From an uncultured Thermoleophilia bacterium (lineage in GTDB: Bacteria; Actinomycetota; Thermoleophilia; Gaiellales; Gaiellaceae): DNA of 32,000 bases. The stretch is taken from NCBI GenBank assembly GCA_963826485.1, contig CAWGXF010000010.1, forward strand, positions 380,466-412,465. The letters run 5' to 3'. The notes under the pieces were generated by a model. It searched no databases. It worked only from the letters and a program-made list of their open reading frames with translations, and was not told the DNA's origin. Positions 7,788 to 15,292 of this stretch are shown here, in pieces; within the stretch, counting starts at the first letter, position 1; each line of letters begins with the position of its first letter. The position numbers and the translations under genes are program-made.

Positions 7788-8587
7788 TCCCGGCTCCTGG
7801 CTTGGTTGACGGCGCGAACTGCGAGCACCTCGGCGAGGTGGGTGCGGTACTCGCTGGAGGAGTGGACGTCCGACGGCGGTTCGAGGCTCGCGCTGCGCAC
7901 GGCGTCGCGCACGGCTTCCTCCTCGGCGGAGGCCGGGTGCAGGACGACGGGCACCGCGTCGACGCAGCCGAGCGCAACGGTCACGCTGCCGTTCACCGAG
8001 GCGGCGGCGCTCGCTATGCAGGTCCCGTCGACGCCGAGCGTGACGGCGGCGAAGCCGTCGCCGCGGCCGGCCGGGACGGTGATCTTCGTCAGCACCTCGC
8101 CGGCGCCGACCGCCGTCAGGTAGACGCCCAGGAAGAACTCTGCTGCCGGCACCACCCGGTGGCCGTCCGAACCGGCGATCGTCATCTGCGCACCGAGTGC
8201 CGCAATCAGGGGCGGCAGGTGATTCGTCGGATCGCTCGTGCAGAGGTTCCCCCCGATCGTGCCGCGGTTTCGCACCTGCACGTCGGCGATCTGCGCACAG
8301 ACCTCGCCGACGATCGGCCGGGCGCGCGCCTCGCCGGATTCGACGAGCTGGGTGTAGGTCGTCATGGCTCCGATCTCGAGCGTTCCGTCCGCCCCGAGCT
8401 CGATTCCCCTCAGCTCCTCGATCGCGGCCAGGTCGATCAGGGCGTCCGGCGATCCCGCACGTGCCTTCATCACGTTGACCAGGGTCTGGCCGCCGGCGAG
8501 CACACGGGCGCCGTCGTCGGCCGCGAGCAGCTCGATCGCTTCCGCAAGCGATCCCGGCCGCGCATATCCGACCTCACGAAGAAGCAT
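7784..8587 (-). CDS. FAD-binding medium subunit of the Mo hydroxylase (CoxM-like, xanthine dehydrogenase family subunit M)
   Basis: 267 aa (MLLREVGYARPGSLAEAIELLAADDGARVLAGGQTLVNVMK...RNRGTIGGNL...). Typical PCMH-type FAD domain of CoxM/XdhB proteins. Confidence 0.92.
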   Translation of the reverse strand: MLLREVGYARPGSLAEAIELLAADDGARVLAGGQTLVNVMKARAGSPDALIDLAAIEELRGIELGADGTLEIGAMTTYTQLVESGEARARPIVGEVCAQIADVQVRNRGTIGGNLCTSDPTNHLPPLIAALGAQMTIAGSDGHRVVPAAEFFLGVYLTAVGAGEVLTKITVPAGRGDGFAAVTLGVDGTCIASAAASVNGSVTVALGCVDAVPVVLHPASAEEEAVRDAVRSASLEPPSDVHSSSEYRTHLAEVLAVRAVNQARSRD

Positions 8588-8648
8588 GCTCAGGTGTCTT
8601 ATAAAATGTCAGGCAGGGCCGGCGCAAGTCGGAACCGTACTCACAAGC

Positions 8649-8677
8649 GAATCTGATTCGCGCAGCGAACCAGATTC
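8649..8677 (-). promoter_or_regulatory. 13-3-13 inverted repeat GAATCTGATTCGC-gca-GCGAACCAGATTC; either an operator or a U-tract-poor terminator hairpin upstream of coxM
   Basis: Direct reading. The single mismatch becomes a G-U wobble only on the minus-strand (transcribed) RNA. It belongs to a family of five GAAYCNGRTTC-like 11-mers between 8649 and 8761. Confidence 0.4.
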
Positions 8678-8742
8678 ACGAGTCTCGAGCTGCCACGCCG
8701 TCGGAGAAAACGCGCGAACCTGGTTCCCGGCTTCGCCGGCAA

Positions 8743-9891
8743 TCAGGTTCGGATCAGATTGCGGTGGCGCTCGAGCGCCGCGAGGACCGTGTCGATGTCC
8801 TCCTCGGTGTTGTAGGCGTGCGCGGAGATCCGCAGGTTGCCGTCGCGCTCCGAGGTGACGATTCCGTCCTCCTGGAGGGCGGCGACGAGGTGCGGCGCAT
8901 CCGTCGAGCGGATGCAGACGAGCGCGCCGCGCTTCTCCGGGTCACGGGGGGTTACGACCACCCCGCCGAGCTCGTCGACACCGCCGATCAGTCGCTCGTT
9001 CAGCGCGGTCACATGGGCACGGGTCTCGCCGACGCCGATCTCCTCCATCAGCTCCAGGCCGGCGATGCCGGCATAGATCGAGGGAACCGGCGGCGTTCCC
9101 GACTGGAACCGCCGTGCAGTGGGCGAGGGCGAGTAGTCGTTGATGTCCATCTCGAAGATGTTCTGGTCGGCGAACCAGCCCGTCTGGGTCGGCAGAAGCC
9201 GTTCGCTGAGGCCGGGCTTCGTCCACATGAACGCGAGCCCCGCCGAACCGAGCAGGTACTTGAGCACACCGGCCGCGAGCACGTCGACCCCGAGCTCGGC
9301 CACGTCGAGCGGGTAGGTGCCGATCGCCTGATACGCGTCGAGCACGACGAGCGCCCCGCGCTCGCGGGCGATTTGTGCGATCTCCTCGACGGCGAGCCGC
9401 GAGCCGTTGCGGTAACAGACCGCAGCGATCGAGACGACTGCGGTCTGCTCGTCGATTGCCTCGTCGAACCGTTCCACGGGGATCTCCGCCCCGTCCGCAC
9501 GCACGTGCACGACCTCCGCGCCGCGCAGCTCCTGGGCGTGCCAGATCTGGCCGATCGTCGGGAACTCGAAATCGCTGATCACGACCTTCGGCCGGGCCGA
9601 GAAGTCGATCGCGCTTGCGAGCGGGCTCACCCCGGCCGAGAGCGATGTGGTGACGGCGACGTCATCTGCCGCGCCGCCGACGAAGCGCGCGAAGGTCGCG
9701 CGTGCGGTCTCGGCGCGCTCGACCCAGTACTCCCAGGGCGCCCCGTGCCGGTCCCAGCCCGTCAGATAGTCGCCGTACGCGGCGCGCACCGCATCCGACA
9801 GAGCACCCTGCGAGCACGAGTTGATGTAGGTGAGCCCCTCGAAGATCGGGAAGTGCGAGCGACACGCCGCGACACCGCCCTTAGCGTCCAA
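8743..9891 (-). CDS. Class V aminotransferase-fold PLP-dependent enzyme (kynureninase / cysteine desulfurase-like)
   Basis: Family-like sequence begins at ...DAKGGVAACRSHFPIFEGLTYINSCSQGALSDAV... with a PLP-lysine context AGVLKYLLGSAGLAF. There is no in-frame ATG or GTG nearby. Start proposed at TTG 9891 with GGAAGG 6 nt upstream, overlapping the livF end by 11 nt. The rest of track ORF 8743..10092 is shadow sequence. Confidence 0.8.
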   Translation of the reverse strand: MDAKGGVAACRSHFPIFEGLTYINSCSQGALSDAVRAAYGDYLTGWDRHGAPWEYWVERAETARATFARFVGGAADDVAVTTSLSAGVSPLASAIDFSARPKVVISDFEFPTIGQIWHAQELRGAEVVHVRADGAEIPVERFDEAIDEQTAVVSIAAVCYRNGSRLAVEEIAQIARERGALVVLDAYQAIGTYPLDVAELGVDVLAAGVLKYLLGSAGLAFMWTKPGLSERLLPTQTGWFADQNIFEMDINDYSPSPTARRFQSGTPPVPSIYAGIAGLELMEEIGVGETRAHVTALNERLIGGVDELGGVVVTPRDPEKRGALVCIRSTDAPHLVAALQEDGIVTSERDGNLRISAHAYNTEEDIDTVLAALERHRNLIRT

Positions 9892-10603
9892 GGTAGGCCT
9901 TCCGGAGGTTCTCGTCCTCCCGCAGCTCCGCGGCCTTCCCTTCGAGCACGAGGCGGCCGGTCGAGAGGACGTAGCCGCGGTCGGCGATCGAGAGCGAGAC
10001 ATTTGCGTTCTGCTCGACGACGAGGATCGCGACACCCGACTCGTGAACCTGCTTGATGATCTCGAAGTTCCGCTCGACGAGGATCGGCGCAAGCCCCATC
10101 GACGGCTCGTCCATCAGGAGCAGCTTCGGGCGCGACATCAACGCTCGTCCCATGGCGACCATCTGCTGTTCGCCGCCCGACAAGGTGCCTGCGAGCTGGG
10201 AGCGCCGGTCGCGAAGCAGCGGGAACAGCTCGTAGACGCGATCGAAGTCCTCCTTCGAGCCGCCGCCGCGCAGATACGCCCCCATCTCCAGGTTCTCCAG
10301 CACCGTCATCGGCCCGAAAAGCCGCCGGTTCTCCGGAACGATCGCGAGGCCGCGTGCGATGCGGTAGCTCGTCGGACGCTTCGTCACCTCCTCGCCGTCG
10401 ATGCGCACCGCGCCGTTGCGGGGGCGAACGATGCCGAGGATCGTCTTCAGCGTCGTCGACTTGCCCGAAGCGTTGCCGCCGAGCAGACAGACGAGCTCGC
10501 CCTGCTCGACCTTGATCGACAGCCCCTGCAGGATGTGAATCTGCCCGTAGTACGTGTCGACCGCATCGAGCTCGAGCAGACTGGGTGCAGCTGGAGCCGT
10601 CAT
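9881..10603 (-). CDS. livF: Branched-chain amino acid-type ABC transporter ATP-binding protein (LivF-like)
   Basis: 240 aa. Walker A GGNASGKST, signature LSGGEQQM, Walker B LLLMDEPS. ATGA overlap with the livG stop. Confidence 0.93.
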   Translation of the reverse strand: MTAPAAPSLLELDAVDTYYGQIHILQGLSIKVEQGELVCLLGGNASGKSTTLKTILGIVRPRNGAVRIDGEEVTKRPTSYRIARGLAIVPENRRLFGPMTVLENLEMGAYLRGGGSKEDFDRVYELFPLLRDRRSQLAGTLSGGEQQMVAMGRALMSRPKLLLMDEPSMGLAPILVERNFEIIKQVHESGVAILVVEQNANVSLSIADRGYVLSTGRLVLEGKAAELREDENLRKAYLGR

Positions 10604-11400
10604 TTGCGCTCCGTCGTCCCGAGCCCGAGATAGGCCTCGACGACGGCCCCGTTCGTCGCGACGGACTCATACGACCCTTCCGCGATCTTGATGCCGTGGT
10701 CGAGTGCGACGACGCGGTCGGAGATGCCCTCGACGACGTGCATGTCGTGCTCGATCACGAGGATCGTGTACCCACCGTCCTCGCGAAGCTTGGCGATCAG
10801 CTCCGTGATCTCGTGTGTCTCCTTCGGGTTCATCCCGGCGGCAGGCTCGTCGAGCAGCAGGATGCGCGGGTTGGTGGCGGTCGCGCGGGCGATCTCGAGG
10901 CGGCGGCGATTCGCGTACGAGAGCGAGTATGCGGGCTGGTCCCAGCGGTAGCCCATCAGGCGCTCCCCGAAGAAGGCGAGCCGGTCGTGAGCGAGCTGCT
11001 CGATCTCCCGCTCCTCCCGTCTCATGCCGGGGGTTCGCAGCATCGAACGAAGGACGCCCGCCCGCGTGTGACCGTAGGCGGCCGTCATCACGTTCTCCTT
11101 CACCGACATGTTGAGGAAGAGCCGCAGCGTCTGGAAGGTGCGCGAGATCCCGCGCCGGCTGATCTGATGGGGCTCGAGACCCACGATCGTCTTGCCGTCG
11201 AGCAGGATGTCGCCGGACTCGGGCCGGTAGATGCCCGTGATCAGGTTGAAGAGCGTCGTCTTTCCGGCGCCGTTCGGCCCGATCACGCTGACGATCTCGC
11301 CTTCGTCCACCCGGAGGTCGAGCTCGTCGACCACGCGCAACCCGCCGAACGACAGCGAGACCCCCTTCAGCTCCAGCGTCGAGCTTCCCGGAGAGCCCAC
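10600..11400 (-). CDS. livG: Branched-chain amino acid-type ABC transporter ATP-binding protein (LivG-like)
   Basis: C-terminal 266 codons of track ORF 10600..12789. GTG start at 11400 shares 1 nt with the livM stop (TAGTG). Walker A GPNGAGKTT, Walker B LLLDEPAAG, BCAA-type C-terminal tail. Confidence 0.9.
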   Translation of the reverse strand: MGSPGSSTLELKGVSLSFGGLRVVDELDLRVDEGEIVSVIGPNGAGKTTLFNLITGIYRPESGDILLDGKTIVGLEPHQISRRGISRTFQTLRLFLNMSVKENVMTAAYGHTRAGVLRSMLRTPGMRREEREIEQLAHDRLAFFGERLMGYRWDQPAYSLSYANRRRLEIARATATNPRILLLDEPAAGMNPKETHEITELIAKLREDGGYTILVIEHDMHVVEGISDRVVALDHGIKIAEGSYESVATNGAVVEAYLGLGTTERK

Positions 11401-12854
11401 TAGACGATCTCCACCCGGCGCTCGCCCAGGAGGCCGTTCGGGCGCACGATCATCAACGCGATCAGAATCAGGCCGAGCACGATGTAGCGCGCCGGCTCGG
11501 GCTTCGCCAGCATCACGTTCTCCCACACGAACGCCGCAAGATAGAGCGTCGGCACGAGCAGCACGAGACGCAGCCGACCGCGGACGAGAGTGAGGACCAG
11601 AGCCATCGCGATCAAGCCGATGTACGAGACGGGCGCCACCCAGCGGGCGAGATGCTCGGGCGCGACGACCCAATGGTTGACGTCGGACGCGAGCCCGCTG
11701 CCCTTCTCGCCCGCCACCCACGAGGAATCGATCGCTCGCGCGAGCTCGTGCACCGCGAAGCCGAAGACGATCATGGCAGCCATGACGTACGCGAGCGTCC
11801 GGCGCCTGAACGCGAACGCCAGACCGGCGACCAGCGCGACGAAGAAGATGATGCGCGACTTCCCGGGGTCGCGCAGCATCTCGAGCAGCGGGCTGATGAT
11901 CACGGCGCCCAGCACGACCCCGGCCTGGTTTCCCGCGCCGCCCAGGATGACCATCGTGTAGACGGTGATCAGCAGGACGAAATAGAAGGTGAGTGGGAAC
12001 ACGCTTGCGTTGAGCGCCGCGAACAGCGTCCCGGTCAGGGCGGCGACCGCCGCGCCGAATCCGAAGCTCATCAGCTTCAGCCAGTCGACCGGCATGCCCA
12101 TCGCCTCGGCCGCAAGCGAGTCCTCGCGCAGAGACCGCCAGGCGCGACCGGTGCGTGACACGTTGACGAAGCGGAGCGCCACGAAGACGACCGCGAAGAA
12201 CGCGAGGGCGACGTACAGGTACGACACGGCGAAGACGCCTTCGTGTGCGACCGCCAGCTTGTGCCCGAAGAGACTGAATGGATCGACGTTGAGGATGCCG
12301 TTCGGGCCGCCGGTCAGGTTGTGCCCGAACGCGTTGTCGCCGTTCGTCATCAGCGTCTGGAAGAGCTCCAGGAAGAACAGGGTGACGATCGCCAGGTAGT
12401 CGCCGGTGAGCCGTCGTGACGGCAGACCGAGGAGCAGGCCGAGGATCGCACCGATCCCGAGAGTGATCGGGACCGACACGAGTGAGGGGAAGTGCAGGCC
12501 GAACTTGTCGGAGTCGAGGATCGCGTAGGTGTAGGCACCGATCCCGTAGAACGCGACGAACCCGAGGTCGAGCAGGCCGCCCCAACCGACCACCACGTTG
12601 AGGCCGAGCGCCAGCAGCATGTAGAGCACCGTGTCGAACCCGACCCGGCGGACGTACCCGCTCGACGAGACCACCGGCAGCAGCGAGAACGCGGCGAGGA
12701 ACAGCACGAGCCACACCCACCAGGCAACCCGGCGCAGCCGCTCCTCCATGGCCCCGAACCGGCGCCGTTCTGCGTGGCGCGCAACCCACTCGTCCTGGCC
12801 GACTGCCGGGCCCTCGGCGGGTGTGTGCGAGTCGTGCGGCGTGGAGTCGCTCAC
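11400..12854 (-). CDS. livM: Branched-chain amino acid-type ABC transporter permease (LivM-like) with an extra block of about 130 aa of TM segments before the conserved C-terminal RPNGLLG motif
   Basis: 484 aa. GTG start at 12854 has GAGGAAG upstream. Hydrophobic multi-TM profile, GGAGNQAGVVLGA region, terminal MIVRPNGLLGERR. Confidence 0.88.
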   Translation of the reverse strand: MSDSTPHDSHTPAEGPAVGQDEWVARHAERRRFGAMEERLRRVAWWVWLVLFLAAFSLLPVVSSSGYVRRVGFDTVLYMLLALGLNVVVGWGGLLDLGFVAFYGIGAYTYAILDSDKFGLHFPSLVSVPITLGIGAILGLLLGLPSRRLTGDYLAIVTLFFLELFQTLMTNGDNAFGHNLTGGPNGILNVDPFSLFGHKLAVAHEGVFAVSYLYVALAFFAVVFVALRFVNVSRTGRAWRSLREDSLAAEAMGMPVDWLKLMSFGFGAAVAALTGTLFAALNASVFPLTFYFVLLITVYTMVILGGAGNQAGVVLGAVIISPLLEMLRDPGKSRIIFFVALVAGLAFAFRRRTLAYVMAAMIVFGFAVHELARAIDSSWVAGEKGSGLASDVNHWVVAPEHLARWVAPVSYIGLIAMALVLTLVRGRLRLVLLVPTLYLAAFVWENVMLAKPEPARYIVLGLILIALMIVRPNGLLGERRVEIV

Positions 12855-12864
12855 AGGCTCTTCC

Positions 12865-13788
12865 TCATACCTTCCGGATGTCGGCGCGCCCCAGGAGGCC
12901 CTGCGGGCGAAAGATCATGAACCCGATCAAGATGGAGAAGACGACCAGGTCGGACCACTTCGTCGAGATGTAGCCCTGCGTGTACGACTCCGCGAACCCG
13001 AGCATCAGGCCGCCCACCATGGCGCCCGGGATCGAGCCGATTCCCCCGATCACCGCCGCCGTGAAGCCCTTCAGCCCTGCGATGAAGCCGATCGACACCG
13101 TGGTCGGCACGCGCAACGCGAACAGGACACCGGCCGCACCGGCCAGCGCCGATCCGAGCACGAACGTGAACACGATCACCTTGTCGATGTCGATGCCCAT
13201 CATCGCGGCAGCCTCGCGATCGACAGAGGTCGCGCGCATCGCCTTGCCGGTGCGCGTGCGGTTGACGAGGAACCAGAGCACGATCATCAGGAAGAAGGCC
13301 GAGACGATCGTGATGATGCGCAGGAGTGGCAGGCGAACATCGCCGATGTCGATGCCCTTGAGGTAGAGCGCGCCGTTCGACAGGTCGAACGTGTCGTAGT
13401 TGCGCGGCGTCGCTCCGAAGAGGAGCTGCATCGAGTTCGCGAGGAAGAACGAGACGCCGAGCGCGCTGATCAGAGGCGCGATCCGCGGCGCGTCGCGGAG
13501 CGGCCGGTACGCGAATCGCTCGATGACGACGCCGAGCACTGCGCACCCCGCCATCGCAGCCAGAGTGACGAGGGTGAGGAGAAGCCAGACCGGCACCACA
13601 GGGCTCGAGACGCCGCCGAGCAGCTGCAGGCAGCCGTAGCCGATGAACGTGCCGACCATGAACACGTCGCCGTGGGCGAAGTTCAGGAGCTTCAGCACGC
13701 CGTAGACCAGCGTGTACCCGAGGGCGATCAGCGCATAGACGCTGCCCAGGGTGAGCGCGTCGATCGTGAGCTGGATGAACGTGTCCAT
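12865..13788 (-). CDS. livH: Branched-chain amino acid-type ABC transporter permease (LivH-like)
   Basis: 307 aa (MDTFIQLTIDALTLGSVYALIALGYTLVYGVLKLLNFAHGD...FRPQGLLG). Confidence 0.93.
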   Translation of the reverse strand: MDTFIQLTIDALTLGSVYALIALGYTLVYGVLKLLNFAHGDVFMVGTFIGYGCLQLLGGVSSPVVPVWLLLTLVTLAAMAGCAVLGVVIERFAYRPLRDAPRIAPLISALGVSFFLANSMQLLFGATPRNYDTFDLSNGALYLKGIDIGDVRLPLLRIITIVSAFFLMIVLWFLVNRTRTGKAMRATSVDREAAAMMGIDIDKVIVFTFVLGSALAGAAGVLFALRVPTTVSIGFIAGLKGFTAAVIGGIGSIPGAMVGGLMLGFAESYTQGYISTKWSDLVVFSILIGFMIFRPQGLLGRADIRKV

Positions 13789-13814
13789 GGGGGGTTGAGG
13801 ACGAGTTCTACAAC

Positions 13815-13853
13815 GATCAGGGGGCGGCCCGGAAATCGGGCCGCCCCCTGATC
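13815..13853 (-). terminator. Perfect 17-bp GC-rich hairpin (GATCAGGGGGCGGCCCG, 5-nt loop, CGGGCCGCCCCCTGATC) between the SBP and permease genes; attenuator or mRNA-stabilising element
   Basis: Direct reading. It lies 23 nt downstream of the SBP stop. No U-tract follows on the minus strand (GUUGUAGAAC). Confidence 0.5.
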
Positions 13854-13875
13854 ACGTGTCATTTGGGCTCGTCGG

Positions 13876-15060
13876 TTAGCTGACGAGTTTGTACGAGCCG
13901 TTCGACTGGATCTGGAAGATGTAGAACTTCGCGTTCAGCGGGTCGTTCGACTTCGTCGACCAGCGGAACTTCCCACCGAGGATCCAGTTGTTGATCTTGA
14001 CCTTCTTGACCGTGCGGAGCACGGCCAGGCGAGTCGTGGAACCGTGCCCTGCCTTGCAGGCCCGCGAGATCGCCGTGAGAGCGATCTGCGCCGCGCCGTA
14101 GCTCGGCGGCCCGAAGGAGCCGACGGACTTCCCGGGGTTGGCCTTCTTCCAGCCTGCGATCAGGGCGGCGTCCGCCTTGATGCCCGTGATGTCCGGCGCG
14201 AAGTTGGACACGTACGAGCCCGGCACCTTGAACTGCGACGAGTCGTTCGAGCCGTCACTGCCGAACACCTTCGCCTTCTTTCCCTGCTCCAGCAGCTGCT
14301 GGGCGAACGTCTGCGCGTCGCCCGGCTTCTGGGTCGGGAAGAAGACCACATCGGCATCGTTCGGGACCTTGGTCACGAACGCCGAGTAGTCGGTCGTCGT
14401 GTTCGACGCGGAGAGGCGGGTCGTGGAGACACCGGCCTTCTTGAGCGTCGCCTCCGCGGCATTCGCGAGACCAACGGAGTACGGCTCCTGGAAGTCCATG
14501 ATCACGACCTTCTTCGCCTTCAGGGTCTTGATCATGTAGTTCGCGTCCGTCGGGCCCTGGATGTAGTCGCCGGGGACGTCACGGAAGAATGCCGTCGTTC
14601 CTTCGAGCTGGCCGCCGACTCTCTTCGTCAGGTCCGTCTTGGTTGCGGACGGCGAGAGATGCGCGAGCTTCGCCGAGAAGTAGGCCTGCGTCGAGGCGAC
14701 CGCGGCGCCCGACGTCGCGGGCCCGAGCACCATGAGGACGCTCTTGTCGGCGATGTACTTCTGCGCCAGTGCCTGGGCAGGAGCGGGGCCCTGCTCGACC
14801 GGCGTGTCGCCGAAGACGAACTTGACCTTCAGACCGAGCTTCGGAGCGAGCGTCTTGACCGCATACGACGCCCAGCTGCCCTGCTCGGCGCCGAGGAAGC
14901 CGGCGCCTCCGGTGACCGGTGTGACGAGCGGCAGGGTGATGGTCTTCTTGCAGTTGAAGCTCGCGGTCGCCTTGACCGCGACCTTGTGGGCGCCCTGCGC
15001 GCTCGCGGCCACGACCGAGGTCATGAGAACCGCAAGGGCGAGGCCGATCGCCTTCTTCAT
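13876..15060 (-). CDS. ABC transporter substrate-binding protein, LivK/Peripla_BP_6 type, secreted
   Basis: 394 aa. N-terminal signal peptide MKKAIGLALAVLMTSVVAASA-QG. Strong SD AAGGAGGA upstream of ATG 15060. Confidence 0.9.
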   Translation of the reverse strand: MKKAIGLALAVLMTSVVAASAQGAHKVAVKATASFNCKKTITLPLVTPVTGGAGFLGAEQGSWASYAVKTLAPKLGLKVKFVFGDTPVEQGPAPAQALAQKYIADKSVLMVLGPATSGAAVASTQAYFSAKLAHLSPSATKTDLTKRVGGQLEGTTAFFRDVPGDYIQGPTDANYMIKTLKAKKVVIMDFQEPYSVGLANAAEATLKKAGVSTTRLSASNTTTDYSAFVTKVPNDADVVFFPTQKPGDAQTFAQQLLEQGKKAKVFGSDGSNDSSQFKVPGSYVSNFAPDITGIKADAALIAGWKKANPGKSVGSFGPPSYGAAQIALTAISRACKAGHGSTTRLAVLRTVKKVKINNWILGGKFRWSTKSNDPLNAKFYIFQIQSNGSYKLVS

Positions 15061-15122
15061 CTAGGTGTCCTCCTTCGTGGGGGCACGACGTTTTGGTCGC
15101 CGGGGTAGGCGCTGAAGCCGGG

Positions 15123-15151
15123 AGTGTTGTCCGTGACGCTCACGGTGTCAA
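15123..15151 (-). promoter_or_regulatory. Candidate promoter of the liv operon: -35 TTGACA (15151-15146), 17-nt spacer, -10 AACACT (15128-15123), with a 6-3-6 palindrome CCGTGAnnnTCACGG (15131-15145) in the spacer
   Basis: The minus strand reads CATTGACACCGTGAGCGTCACGGACAACACTCC. Pattern match only. It would give a 5' UTR of roughly 55 nt before the SD. Confidence 0.35.
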
Positions 15152-15292
15152 TGATCAAATCCTGAGCGCTGCGACCCGGCCCGTCGCATCGAGAGTATTG
15201 AACCCATCCACCATTCGACGCCGAACGGCTCGAAAATGTTGTGCGGCACTTCCGTCGGGGCGCCCGGGCCGGCACGTAGGTTTACGAACCAG

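Noticed and set aside
4840-8587. Calling the CoxMSL genes a bona fide aerobic CO dehydrogenase
   Set aside because: Neither the form I (AYxCSFR) nor the form II (AYRGAGR) signature is present in the large subunit, and no coxD/E/F genes accompany it. It is kept as a Mo hydroxylase of unknown substrate.
8705-8736. Possible intrinsic terminator after the aminotransferase gene (GCGAA...TTCGC stem followed by TTTTCT on the minus strand)
   Set aside because: The stem is only 5 bp, with a 13-nt loop containing the GAACCTGGTTC palindrome. This is too weak to annotate, so it is mentioned only as an alternative reading under the motif finding.
15203-15213. Exact 11-mer CCCATCCACCA shared by the intergenic regions at 15203-15213 and 21438-21448, with CATCCAC also in the 60-bp repeat
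   Set aside because: Many 11-mer coincidences are expected by chance in 32 kb of compositionally biased sequence on two strands, and the distance to the downstream starts is not consistent.
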